A stretch of DNA of 64,000 nucleotides, taken from positions 736,001 through 800,000 of the forward strand of contig CAVVLJ010000020.1 of assembly GCA_963749075.1 (NCBI GenBank), written 5' to 3'. How positions within the stretch are numbered: the stretch's first letter is position 1; each line of letters begins with the position of its first letter. The notes beneath the pieces were generated by a model that had not been told where the DNA came from, ran no database searches, and saw only the letters and a program-made list of their open reading frames with translations. Below, piece after piece: positions 36,383 to 46,552 of the stretch. The position numbers were made by a program, and so were the translations under genes. The DNA is from an uncultured Pseudomonadota bacterium. GTDB taxonomy: Bacteria; Pseudomonadota; Alphaproteobacteria; JACZXZ01.

Positions 36383-38143
36383 TCATATCTGCGTCTTGTA
36401 GCTGGCCCAGGCCTTGGACAGCGTGCTGCGCAGCGCGCCATGGGGCAGGTTGGCGATGTTCACGCGCCGCAGGGTGAAGAGATCGGAGCGCGAGATGTCC
36501 GCGATCTTCTCCGCGAAGATGGGCGTCATCCAGGGATCGAAATTGGCGCTGATCGTCTTGCCGGTCAAGCCGTCGAAGGCCGGGGAGACGAGCTGGCGCA
36601 CGCAGTCGACGACCGTGTCGAGGGGGGCGCCGCCCTCCTTCATGATGACGCGCGTGCGGCGATAGTTGAGAAGCCCGGCGCGCTCGGGGCCGGCGGCGAG
36701 CGTCGCCTCGTGCATCGGCGTGGCGACGATGCCGGGCGCTATGGCGTTGACGGCGATGCCCTGATCCGCGAGCTCGGCGGCGAGCGTCTCGGTGAGCCGG
36801 ACCAAGGCCGCCTTCGAGCAGGCATAGGCGCTGTAATTGGGAAACGGGCTGAAGGCGCCGCCGCCCGAGAAATTGAGCACGCGCGCGGAGGGCGAGCGCT
36901 CGAGGAGCGGCAGGAAGCGCCGGATCATGAGGTAGCTGCCGAAGAGGTTGACGCGCACCGTATCGAACCAGCGCTCGCTGTCCGTGACGGCGATCGGGCC
37001 GATCTCGCCGAAGGTCCCGGCGCAATTGATGAGCACGTCGACGCGCTCCGTCCGCGCGGCCACGAAATCGGCAAAGGCGTTCACCTGGCGCTCGTCGCGG
37101 ACGTCGCACGACATTGCGGCGGCGGCCGCGTCGTGACGCGAGATCTCCGCGAGCGCCTCGGCGCCGCGCGCGCAGAGAAAGAGGCGGTGGCCGTCGCCCG
37201 CGAGCGCTTTTGCCAGCGCAGCACCGATGCCCGAGCTCGCACCGCTCAACACGATCGCGAGTGCTGCGGGCCGCGCGCGCGTGCCGGCCTCGGTCGGCTG
37301 CGGCTGCGCCGGGCGGAAGCCGATTTCGTCGACCGTATTGCCCGAGCGGAAGGCCGCCCTATGGCCGCGCTTGTTCATGCCGAGTGCCGCGGTCCTCTGC
37401 CGCCAGCGCCGCGAGACGCGAAGATCCCAGAACAGCCGGGCGAGCGTGACGAGCACGCTCGCGATGTTCTTGGGCGTCACCGCCTTGGAGGCGCCCGCGG
37501 TGCGCTCGTCGATCGGCAGGCCGACCTCGTAATAGGACAGTCCGAGCTCGAGCGCCTTGAGGAGCGCCTCGGCCTGGAAGCCGAAGCCGAAGGTCGAGAT
37601 CGGCTTGAGACGCAGGTACTCGATCGGATAGACGGTGAGCCCGTTGAAGTAACGCATGCGGTAGCCGAAGAGCGCGTTCACCGTATAGGTGAAGGCGGAG
37701 GAGACGACGCGCCTGCCCCAGGGCCGGTTCTCGGGATTTATGGAATAGGAGGTGACGACATCGGCCGCCCCGATGTTGCCGAAGAGCTCGAGGAACGAGC
37801 GGTAGGGCCAGGTGTTGTCGCCCGGGATATAGACGAAATAGGCCTTGGATGCCGCTTCGATGCCGCTCACGTAGGCTGCACCAAGACCCTTGTTCGCCGC
37901 GTGGTGGATGACCTTGACGCCTTGTGTCTCGCGCGCCAGCCGGTCGGCGATCTCACCCGTGCCGTCGCTGCTGCCGTCATCGACGACGATGATCTCGAAG
38001 TCCTCGACCGAGGTGGTGAGCGCGCGCAGCAGGCGCTCGACGGTCGGCGCCAGATTGCGCTCCTCGTTGAGGACGGGAACCAGGACGGTGAGCGATTTCG
38101 CACTCTGCGCGCGGCGGCCGCCGCGTCCGTTGTTTGCATCCAT
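36383..38143 (-). CDS. fusion of a DPM-synthase-like GT2 glycosyltransferase and an SDR oxidoreductase
   Basis: N-terminal VLVPVLNEE, VDDGSSD, NKGLG and PGDN. C-terminal LSGASSGIG, NCAG, YACSK and VNAIAPG. One uninterrupted frame. Confidence 0.85.
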   Translation of the reverse strand: MDANNGRGGRRAQSAKSLTVLVPVLNEERNLAPTVERLLRALTTSVEDFEIIVVDDGSSDGTGEIADRLARETQGVKVIHHAANKGLGAAYVSGIEAASKAYFVYIPGDNTWPYRSFLELFGNIGAADVVTSYSINPENRPWGRRVVSSAFTYTVNALFGYRMRYFNGLTVYPIEYLRLKPISTFGFGFQAEALLKALELGLSYYEVGLPIDERTAGASKAVTPKNIASVLVTLARLFWDLRVSRRWRQRTAALGMNKRGHRAAFRSGNTVDEIGFRPAQPQPTEAGTRARPAALAIVLSGASSGIGAALAKALAGDGHRLFLCARGAEALAEISRHDAAAAAMSCDVRDERQVNAFADFVAARTERVDVLINCAGTFGEIGPIAVTDSERWFDTVRVNLFGSYLMIRRFLPLLERSPSARVLNFSGGGAFSPFPNYSAYACSKAALVRLTETLAAELADQGIAVNAIAPGIVATPMHEATLAAGPERAGLLNYRRTRVIMKEGGAPLDTVVDCVRQLVSPAFDGLTGKTISANFDPWMTPIFAEKIADISRSDLFTLRRVNIANLPHGALRSTLSKAWASYKTQI

Positions 38144-38292
38144 CCGGGCTGGGTCTCCCATCATGCCGGAAGCGCGCCGGCGGGCATTCGGTCTCGGAAA
38201 ATATCGCCCGCAACGGCGCACGACAACCGCGAATACTCCGGGCGGCACTCTGCCGAACGCCGGGCGGGCTTCGGAGCTTGCCGCCTCCCGGA

Positions 38293-39202
38293 CTATGCGT
38301 CCCGGCCAAGCGGCCGCCGTGCCACGATGCCGATGTTCCCGACGTTGATGTTGAGCGCCTTGGAAGCCAGGCCTGCGGTTTCGAGGAGGCTGCGCATCGC
38401 GCGCTTGACGGCCGCCGGCACGGTCGGGGCGCGGTCCGCGAAGAAGCCGAGCGAGTAGCAGTTGGGCGTCGACAGCACGGCGATCGGCTCGAGACCGTTG
38501 CGGGCAACGAGCTTTGCCAGGGTGCGCTTGGAGAAGAAATAGTGGTGATAGAAATTGAAGGGCGGGAATTTCTCGCTCATGAGCCTGGCCAGCATCGACT
38601 CGACGTTGTGGACCACGGCGATGAGCACGCCACCGGGCTTGAGGTGCCGGCGCGCCCGCGACAGCACCTCGTTCGGATAGACCAGATGGTCCACGACGTG
38701 GATCAGGGAAACCAGGTCGAAGTAGTCCGCCGGATAGTCCTGCTCTTCGTAGAACTTCTCGGAGATGCGGCTTCCGGGAAGCCGCTCGGCGATGCGGCGC
38801 GCGGTCGGATTGGGCTCGGTGCCATAGAGCTCCTTGAAGCCGTCCTCGCGCGCGATCTCCAGGAGGAACCCCATGTCGCAGCCGATGTCGAGCAGGCGCT
38901 CGCGGCCGGCGAGGTGAGGCCGCGCCAGCCCGTAATAGCCCCGCATGGTGGTCCGCACGTTGGCTTCCTCGCCGGCACTCACGTTGGTGTGCGGCGAGCC
39001 CTCGTAGAGCGCCTTCACCTCGCTCTCGTCGAAGATCGGGCTCGAATAGATGAGGCCGCAGCCGGCGCAGCGGTTGATGGCATAGTGCCCGCCGTAGGGG
39101 TCGAGCGCCCGGCTATAGGCAGCACCCGGAGGAAGCGTGCTGCCATAGAGCAGCCGCCGCTCGCGCGAGCCGCAGAATCTGGCAAGGCGCCAAGTCTCTC
39201 AA
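38293..39202 (-). CDS. class I SAM methyltransferase with zinc ribbon, apparent +1 frameshift near 39181
   Basis: LLDIGCDMG, HVVDH and HLKPGG motifs. Removing one base gives GGAGG-RBS + TTG start MRDLAPCRFCGS...CAGCG, restoring CxxC/CxxC. Confidence 0.8.
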
Positions 39203-39474
39203 CGAGGGCGTCCTCCGGGCGAGACGGTTCAAGACACGAAGAACCAGACGGCCCTGTTAGTGGCGATACCCTGCCTCTCAGTCAAGCGCTTCCGGCAGTG
39301 CGGTCCCTCCGGCCGGCCGCGCTCGGCCGTTTGCGCAGAGAAACGCCCGCGCCGTTCCGCGCGAAATCGTTCGTTGTCGGGGCCCGGGTCAGCTTGTATA
39401 AGCGGTCTGCCGTCTCGACGGCATTGGCGCCGCCGCCCCGGCGGTGCCGATGCCGCGCGGCATTCCGGTCGGGC

Positions 39475-40014
39475 ATGCTGGGGCATCGGGTGGATCGTTG
39501 CGCTCTCATCCTCATCGTGCTGGGCTTGGCCCTGGGGCCGGGACTCAATTTCGCCGCCTACGTCGTGCGCTTGCGCGATCTGCGCTGGTGCCAGCGGGAG
39601 CGCGGCATCCTGCTCTATCATTTATTCTGGAGTGCGGCGCTGAGCGTGCTGGCGCTCGTTGCGGCGTTGGCGCTTGGGTCCTCGGGCGCCTGGGCGGCGG
39701 CGCTCGCGGCCGTCTCGTGTCAAGGCATCTACAGCCTGTCCTTCCTCGAGGCCTGGTCGCTGACCCAAGGGAGCCATTCGATCGGCATTCTGGCGAGTGC
39801 CGCTTCCGCGCCCGGCGGCGTGCCGCGGGAGGGGCTCATCGCGAGCCACGTGCACATCGGCGACGAGAAGAAGGCCTACCGGCTCATCGTCGTCGAGAGC
39901 CTGGGCCTCGTCCGCCTCGAGGGCGAGCGGGTTGCCCTGACCAGGCGCGGCCGCTGGTTTGCCGCCTTCCTGGCACTCCTCCATTGGATCGCGAAGCTCG
40001 ACGAGGCCCAATAA
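39475..40014 (+). CDS. small membrane protein with C-terminal winged-helix-like tail
   Basis: 3 TM segments, GSHSIGIL, YRL...LGLV...VALTRRGRWFA. Confidence 0.65.
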   Translation: MLGHRVDRCALILIVLGLALGPGLNFAAYVVRLRDLRWCQRERGILLYHLFWSAALSVLALVAALALGSSGAWAAALAAVSCQGIYSLSFLEAWSLTQGSHSIGILASAASAPGGVPREGLIASHVHIGDEKKAYRLIVVESLGLVRLEGERVALTRRGRWFAAFLALLHWIAKLDEAQ

Positions 40015-40018
40015 TCAG

Positions 40019-40492
40019 ATGTGGCTCCTCTCGCCGATCGCGGCGCTCGCCGCGGCCATAGCGGCCCACGGCCTGATCTGCCGGCTCGTCGGCCAGTCGA
40101 TCGGCGTCGCGAAGTTCCTCGCCGTCGGCCTGCCGGCCGGCGCCCTCCTGGCGTGGTGGCTCGTCCGGCACTACGGCGCCTCGCCGGAGACGCTCGGCGC
40201 CTTGGCCGCTTATGCGTTCGGCAGCGAGATCTATCTCTTCTTGTTCAATTCCGCCGCGACGAGCGTGTCGGCCAATCTGCTGGTCCATCTCAGGCACGGC
40301 ACCGCGTCGCTCGCGCAGATCGCCGGGCGCTACGACAGCGGCGAGATGGTCGCTCGGCGGATCGACTGGATGGTCGAGGGAGGTCTCTTGGCGGTCTCGG
40401 CGGGCGGGCGCCTGACGCCGACCGAGGCGGGCCTCAGGCTGGTGAAATGGCGGGGGCGGTTGCGCCGCTTCTTCAGGCACGACCCGCCGTGA
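40019..40492 (+). CDS. small membrane protein with C-terminal winged-helix-like tail
   Basis: 3 TM segments, TSVSANLL, RRIDWMVEGGLL...LTPTEAGLRLV. Confidence 0.68.
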   Translation: MWLLSPIAALAAAIAAHGLICRLVGQSIGVAKFLAVGLPAGALLAWWLVRHYGASPETLGALAAYAFGSEIYLFLFNSAATSVSANLLVHLRHGTASLAQIAGRYDSGEMVARRIDWMVEGGLLAVSAGGRLTPTEAGLRLVKWRGRLRRFFRHDPP

Positions 40493-40499
40493 GCAAGGC

Positions 40500-43046
40500 A
40501 TGATGAGAGAGGCGCTACCCGGTTGGGCCGCAGCAATGGGCCGGCTCGTCAGGTACGGCGTGCGGCGCAAGGAGGATCTCGCGGCGGTCCTGCTGATGTT
40601 TGCCGCTCCGCTATGGCTCTACCGGGACCATGTGCTCGGCAGCGGCACCTGGATCGGCAATGCCGACCGCCTCAACAGCAATCTGAAGATACTGCTCCAT
40701 TACGTCGAGGGGATTGCGGGCAGCGGGATCAGCGCATGGAATGACACCGAGATGATGGGCTACGACAGCTTCTCGCTGCCGACCATCTTCCCGGGGCCCA
40801 CGGCGTGGCTCGCGGCCGCCTTCGGCGTCAGGCATTTCTATGTGGTGATGGGCTTCGTCTCGATGGCGCTCTTGGGTGCCGCGGGCACGGCCGCCTACGT
40901 CTTCATCCGCTCCCGCGTCCCGGCGGGTGCCGCGGCGCTGGCGGGAGCGCTCTGCTACGAGTTCGCCGCGCTGACGGTGCTCAAGCTCAACCAGGAAGTG
41001 GGAAATTTCGCGACCTTCATCGCCATTCCCTTGATCGTCCTGACCACCGTGCAGATCCGCGCCGGCAGGGAGCGGCGATGCTTTGCGGCGCTGGCGCTGC
41101 TTTGGGCGGCTCTCCTCCAGCTCATGTTCCTCCAGGACGTGGCCTACGTGCTGTTGCTCGCTGGCGCCCTCGCGCTGTGGCGGAGTGCGGTCGCGCGCGA
41201 CTGGCGGCCGCTTGCCGTCTCCGCCGCGGCGCTCCTGCCGGCAGTGGTCTTCGCGGCTCCGCGCCTCGTCGGCGTCGCCATCATCATGACGCAATACGTG
41301 CGGCGCGAGCCGGCCATCGACCTCTCGAGCTTCGAGGCCGTCTATCGCTTCCAGGGCATCCGGCCGTTCGAGTTGCTGCGCTGGTTCGACGGGACGATTT
41401 TCGGCACAGGGATGGCGGACGCGGCCCGCATCGGAGACCCCCTCAATCTGACCGAAGGATTCCTGCTTTCGACCAGCTCGATCGTCCCCTTCCTCATCGC
41501 CTGGGGCGTTCTTCGCTATCGCCGGCGTTGGCTGTGGCTGCCGCGCACGGCCGAGGCGGACGCGGCGTTCTTCTTCTGGACCACGGCGGCGACGTTCGGC
41601 GTCATCGGAATCAAGCCGCTGCTCCGTCTCGTCTATCTGCTTTTCCTGCGGATCGATTTTATGCACGCCCGCATCATCATCGCCGGGCTCCTCCCCCTCG
41701 TTTCCTTGATTGCCATGGTGCTCGAGGATCTGCGGCCGGCCGTACGGTGGTCCGCGCTCCGGCCCGTGCAGCGCGCGGCCACCGCGGCCAGCGGGGCGAT
41801 CGTGGGCGTGCTGATCGCAGTGACTATCGAGCGGATCGCGGCACATGCGGGCGGCACCGTGGCGTTCACCGGATTGCCGGTCATGCGCGTGGACGCCTTG
41901 GTGCGCGTCGGGCTCTCGGCCGCGGCGTTCGTGCTGCTCCTCGCGGCGTTGTCGATCAGCTGGCGCGCGAGCGAGATTCGGCCTGCGTTGCACGCGGCGC
42001 TCTGCGTCGCGATCGGCGTGCAGGTGCTGGCCGCAGCGAATGTGCAGGTCAACGGGCCGGCCACCCGGACGCTCGACCATCCATTCTACCATGGCGACAT
42101 GTACATGGCGCGGCGTGGAGAGTTCACGCCGCCGAGCGCCGGCGAGGCAGCGGCTCTCCGCGCCCGCATCGACAACGCGGACTACCGCGTCTTGCTTATC
42201 TGCAGAACCGAAATCGTCGGCGGGTTCTGCGCCGGGCATATCCCGCAGTTCTGGGACATCCGCGCGATCGACGGCTATTACGGGGTCGGCGTTCCGAAGC
42301 GGCTGGCGGCATTGCCCTGGACGGCCGGCCTCGGCTTGCGCACGATCAGCTTCATCAATGCCGCGACCGTGCCGTGGCCGCTCCTCGGTCTACTCAACGT
42401 GAAGCACCTGCTCCATGGCGGCGACGATCTCTTCCGCAATGTCGCCGATCCGCGGGCCGCAATACTGACGCCGGCCGACCCCGAGCGCATCGCGGTCACG
42501 GAGAACCCGGCAGCCGTAACGCCGCGGGCGTTCTTCGCCGCCGCCGCCGAGCCCGCGAGCTCGCTGCAAGATGACATCGATAAGCTTTTCGTGAACGGAG
42601 CTCCGCGCGACGTGACGGCGCTTTCCGTCGTCGAGGGCCTGCACTGCCCGTGTTCCTTTCCTGGCGGCGGCCGCGTGGCCCTCAGCGGGGAAGGCGACCG
42701 GCTGAGCGCGTCGTTCGCGGCCTCGGACCGCGCGCGCCTTCTCGTCCTGAACGAGCTCTATTTCCCCGGCTGGCACGCCTACGTCGACGGGCGCGAGGTG
42801 CCGATCCTGCCGACCAATGCCGTCATGCGCGGCGTCATCGTGCCGGCGGGCGCCACGGCGGTGACGATGGCCTATGTGCCCTTCGTGCTCAGCCTATGGG
42901 GACACGTCCTCAGGGCCGTCGGCGTTCTTCTCTTCCTCGCGTTCCTCTTTGCCTGGCGCAGGTCGGGGCGGCGCCCCCGCGCGCAAGGGATGCCGCCCGC
43001 CGGGCGTGGCGGCTCCCAAGGCATGGGCGCTGGCCGAGGATCGTGA
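40500..43046 (+). CDS. YfhO-like polytopic membrane protein (putative GT-C)
   Basis: WNDTEMMGY loop, many TM segments, C-terminal LVLNELYFPGWHAYVDG...NAVMRGVIVPAG motif typical of YfhO. Confidence 0.78.
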   Translation: MMREALPGWAAAMGRLVRYGVRRKEDLAAVLLMFAAPLWLYRDHVLGSGTWIGNADRLNSNLKILLHYVEGIAGSGISAWNDTEMMGYDSFSLPTIFPGPTAWLAAAFGVRHFYVVMGFVSMALLGAAGTAAYVFIRSRVPAGAAALAGALCYEFAALTVLKLNQEVGNFATFIAIPLIVLTTVQIRAGRERRCFAALALLWAALLQLMFLQDVAYVLLLAGALALWRSAVARDWRPLAVSAAALLPAVVFAAPRLVGVAIIMTQYVRREPAIDLSSFEAVYRFQGIRPFELLRWFDGTIFGTGMADAARIGDPLNLTEGFLLSTSSIVPFLIAWGVLRYRRRWLWLPRTAEADAAFFFWTTAATFGVIGIKPLLRLVYLLFLRIDFMHARIIIAGLLPLVSLIAMVLEDLRPAVRWSALRPVQRAATAASGAIVGVLIAVTIERIAAHAGGTVAFTGLPVMRVDALVRVGLSAAAFVLLLAALSISWRASEIRPALHAALCVAIGVQVLAAANVQVNGPATRTLDHPFYHGDMYMARRGEFTPPSAGEAAALRARIDNADYRVLLICRTEIVGGFCAGHIPQFWDIRAIDGYYGVGVPKRLAALPWTAGLGLRTISFINAATVPWPLLGLLNVKHLLHGGDDLFRNVADPRAAILTPADPERIAVTENPAAVTPRAFFAAAAEPASSLQDDIDKLFVNGAPRDVTALSVVEGLHCPCSFPGGGRVALSGEGDRLSASFAASDRARLLVLNELYFPGWHAYVDGREVPILPTNAVMRGVIVPAGATAVTMAYVPFVLSLWGHVLRAVGVLLFLAFLFAWRRSGRRPRAQGMPPAGRGGSQGMGAGRGS

Positions 43047-43979
43047 GCGGCGAGACCCCACCCGTCATGGGCGAGCCGCTGCCGGCGGCCCGGATTGATT
43101 CGCGGGGTCGAGCGTCTATATTCGTCGCTCCCGCCCGACCCCACCGGCGTCGGCCCATTCGTCTCCCTCGAGGACACCTGCTTGCTCCGTAAGTGGCTCT
43201 ACAGCATCTCAGGCGTCGTGCAATGGCATCCGTTGACGTGGCGCATCGCCTGGGCGATGGTGAACCGGCTCTCCGTGCTGCCGGCCCACGACCCGACCTA
43301 TTACGCGCTTCGCCATTTCTGCGTGAAGGAGGACGGGCTGTTCCTCGACGTCGGCGCCAACAGCGGCGTCTCCGCCCGTTCCTTTCGCAAGATGAATCAA
43401 CGCTACCGGATTCTCTCCATCGAGCCCAACCGGATGCACGCCGGCTCGCTCGAGCGGCTGAAGCGGACAACGTCCGGCTTCGATTACCTTCTGCAGGGTG
43501 CCGGCGCCGAGGCGGCGCAGCTCGAGCTCTACACGCCCTTTTACGGGCGAATAGCGCTTCACACCTGCGCCGCCCTCGGCGAGACTCGGGTGCGCGAGAC
43601 GGTGCGCCAGTTCTTCGGCGGGCGCGTCGCCGATCGCATCACGGTCAAGCGGCAGATCGTGCAGATCCTGCCGATCGACGCGCTCGGCCTCTCGCCCGAT
43701 ATCATCAAGATCGACGTTCGAGGGATTCGAATTGAGCGTGCTTGCCGGCGCACGAGAGACGATCCGCCGCGCGCGGCCCTTCCTCATGCTCGAGGCATGT
43801 TTCGGTCAATACGCGGGGTTCGTTGCGTGGTCCGCTGAGGCTGGCTTCGATCTCCTCGATTACCTTCCCGCCGAGGACCGCTTTGCGCCGGTGGGAAGAT
43901 TCTCTCCGTCGAGGAGGAGGGAGCAAAGAATGTCTTCGCGATCCCGCACGAGAAGCGTCACCTGATCCCGATCCGTTGA
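43043..43979 (+). CDS. FkbM-family methyltransferase broken by apparent indels near 43094, 43717 and 43900
   Basis: FLDVGANSG and SIEPN motifs. IKIDV|EGFELSVL is restored by deleting one T at 43717-43718, and C-terminal NVFAIPHEKRHLIPIR* lies in a third frame. Confidence 0.75.
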
Positions 43980-44227
43980 GGCCGCGACCGCACGACGGCG
44001 GCCTCCATTCACATTGCAAGAGCCCGGAATGCCCGTTATGGACATCTCAGCGGCCAATTCGCAGGGTCACGCCGCGGCCGTTCATGGCTCGGCATGCGGC
44101 TCCGCCGCCGCGGAATCTCCTCCGGGGGTAACATCGTTGGCGATTTGCTGGGTCATGCGGCGGCGGAGGGCGGGATTGCCGTGGCCGGCTCGGAGCGCGA
44201 GCGCTTCCCCGGCGAGGCGGTCGAAGC

Positions 44228-46552
44228 ATGGCGGCTAGCCATGCGCGGAAGAGCGCGAGGCCGGCCGCGACGGGCGCGTCGGACCTCGCTTACCACCTGC
44301 GCTGGGCGCTCTTGGGCGCCGTGCTGTGCAGCTTCGAGTCCTGGGCCTTCGGCCCGTTCTCGTGGATGTACGGCTACGGCAGCGGCGTCTGCGGGATCCC
44401 AGAGATGCTCGCGCTCTCGGAACCGCACCGCAATTTCTCGCTTTGGCAGCCTTTCGACCTCGGGGGACTCGATCGCCTCGCATTCTGGGGCAATGCCGAT
44501 CCAGTCGAATTCGAGATGTTGCTGTTCCGCACGCTTCCAACGTGGCTGGCGAACGGCCTGCACAGGTTCCTGCAATATTTCGTGGCGATTTTCTTCGCCG
44601 CCCGCGTGGCCGAGGAGCAGATCGGCCTCGACCGCCGCTGGAGCGCGCTTGCGGGGTGGTTGTTCGCCTGCTTCTCCTATCTGACGGTAAGTGCCCTTCT
44701 TACGCTCCCCGGCGTGCCGCTGGTCCTTTGGCTGCTCCAGCGTACCGTGGAGGTGCGGTGTCCCTGGTGGATGGCGGCGCTTGCCGGCCTCCTTGTCTCG
44801 CTCTGCACGACTTTCACCTTCGGCGTTCCCTATCTCCTGTTCTTCGCGGTGCTGTGGCTGGCGATCGTGCGGGGCGTGAGGGGCTGGCGCGCGATATGGC
44901 AATTCGCCGTCTTCGCCTTGGTCCTCATGGCCGTCAAATCGCCGCAGCTCCTGGCCGCGGCGGCCAATGCGCCGTTCTCCCACCGCGCCGGCTGGCAGCT
45001 CGAGCCCTTCCGATGGACGTTCGACCGGCTGTTCTATTGGCAGCCCCAGTTCGATCTCTTCGCCCAGGACAAGAACATCTGGCCGGTCACCGAGTGGCTT
45101 CCGCCGTACGGCTTCGCCGCCGGCCTCGGCATGGTCCTGCTCTGGCGCCTGCGCGGCCCCCGGGAGGCGGCTCCGTTCGTAGCTCCCTTCCTGCGCGTGG
45201 CGGGCATCTATGCGCTCCTCTCCCAGAAGTGGCTGTTTCTCGGCGTGCAGACGCTCATTGCCACGGTATTTCCCTGGGTGCGCGGTTTCTCCATGGGGCG
45301 GTTCTGGGAAATCCCGGAAGCCTTCCTGGTCTCGCTCGGCCTGACGCTCTGCGGCCGGCTCGCGTGGAGCGTCGTCCTCACCACGCCTCCCCGGCGCGCC
45401 GTGGCCGCTGCCGCGACCGTCGGCTTCATCGCCTTCATGATTGTCGAGCCCAAGATCTTCCTCTTCTATCCGCTCGGGGTGGACGATTGGGGGGAGCGCA
45501 ACTTCCAGGTTGCCAGCGTGGATGCGCTCAAGCGCGACGACACGAGCCTCTATCGCGTGGCGAGCGTCCTGCCGCTGCAACCGGCCTATGCCTATGCCCA
45601 AGGCCTCGAGGCGGCGGACGGCTGGGCCAATCTCTATCCGCTGGTCTACCGCGAGCTGTGGCTGCGCGTGCTCGCGCCGCTCTTCAAGGAGCTGCCGCCG
45701 ACGCGCAAGGTCTTCGGCGTCGACACGGGCCGCACCGAGGATAACTTCATCTTTCTCGGGGTGGGCCTGATCCATCCGGTGTTCGGGTACGGCCAATTGC
45801 CGGGCGAAGACGCGTGGCAGGCGCTGCGCAGCGGCTTCGACCTCGATCGCCGTTTCAACCTCGATCTGCTGCGCATGCTCAACGTCGAATACCTGCTCTC
45901 GGAATACCCCTTGCGGGGAACCGGTGTCGACCTGGTGCATGCCCCGGCAAAATGGCCCGATTGGCCTCGCCCGCGGGACCGCAACACCGGCTGGGCCATG
46001 CCGCCCCGCGAGCCCTCGACGCTCGCCCTCGGTGCCATCACGCCTTTAGTGCAGCCTTTTTGGGACCTTGCCCAAGCTTGGAAACGCCGCGCCAAGGGCA
46101 AGGACGTGTTCATCTACCGGCTGGCCGGAGCACTCCCCCGCTTCCGTCTCGTGAGCCGGGTGGAAGTCGAGCCGAACGGCCCCGCAGCCCTCGATCGGCT
46201 ATCCGCCATGTCGCTTGCGGAGCTGGGCAGCACCGCCGTCCTCGAGGGTGCGGACGGGACAGGGCTCGCCCGCCGCGACGGGTTTGCTAAGGGCACGGTG
46301 ACCCCCGTGCGCATCATGCCGGATACGATCGACCTCGATGTCGCACTCGGCGGCCCGGGTTTTCTCGTCGTCGCGATGACGTGGAACCCCTACTGGACGG
46401 CGCTGGTCGACGGAGAGCCGCGGCCGCTCTTGCGGGCGAACCATGCGCAATATGGTCTGGCGCTTCCCGCAGGCGCCCGGCACGTGCGCCTCGCCTATGT
46501 CCCGCCCTATTCGGTGACGTACCTTCTCGGCCGGATCGCTGCGCATCGATAA
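44228..46552 (+). CDS. YfhO-like polytopic membrane protein (putative GT-C), copy A
   Basis: Many TM segments, C-terminal FLVVAMTWNPYWTALVDG...RANHAQYGLALPAG. Confidence 0.78.
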   Translation: MAASHARKSARPAATGASDLAYHLRWALLGAVLCSFESWAFGPFSWMYGYGSGVCGIPEMLALSEPHRNFSLWQPFDLGGLDRLAFWGNADPVEFEMLLFRTLPTWLANGLHRFLQYFVAIFFAARVAEEQIGLDRRWSALAGWLFACFSYLTVSALLTLPGVPLVLWLLQRTVEVRCPWWMAALAGLLVSLCTTFTFGVPYLLFFAVLWLAIVRGVRGWRAIWQFAVFALVLMAVKSPQLLAAAANAPFSHRAGWQLEPFRWTFDRLFYWQPQFDLFAQDKNIWPVTEWLPPYGFAAGLGMVLLWRLRGPREAAPFVAPFLRVAGIYALLSQKWLFLGVQTLIATVFPWVRGFSMGRFWEIPEAFLVSLGLTLCGRLAWSVVLTTPPRRAVAAAATVGFIAFMIVEPKIFLFYPLGVDDWGERNFQVASVDALKRDDTSLYRVASVLPLQPAYAYAQGLEAADGWANLYPLVYRELWLRVLAPLFKELPPTRKVFGVDTGRTEDNFIFLGVGLIHPVFGYGQLPGEDAWQALRSGFDLDRRFNLDLLRMLNVEYLLSEYPLRGTGVDLVHAPAKWPDWPRPRDRNTGWAMPPREPSTLALGAITPLVQPFWDLAQAWKRRAKGKDVFIYRLAGALPRFRLVSRVEVEPNGPAALDRLSAMSLAELGSTAVLEGADGTGLARRDGFAKGTVTPVRIMPDTIDLDVALGGPGFLVVAMTWNPYWTALVDGEPRPLLRANHAQYGLALPAGARHVRLAYVPPYSVTYLLGRIAAHR

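Noticed and set aside
38134-40014. 626-aa ORF
   Set aside because: Only the last 179 codons (from ATG 39475) look coding. The rest is antisense to the methyltransferase gene.
43043-43979. calling the frameshifted genes (also 16455, 29465, 38293, 55933) true pseudogenes or programmed frameshifts
   Set aside because: Small indels restore conserved motifs, there are no in-frame stops or other decay, no slippery heptamers are seen, and all sit by GANTC. Sequencing error is more parsimonious.
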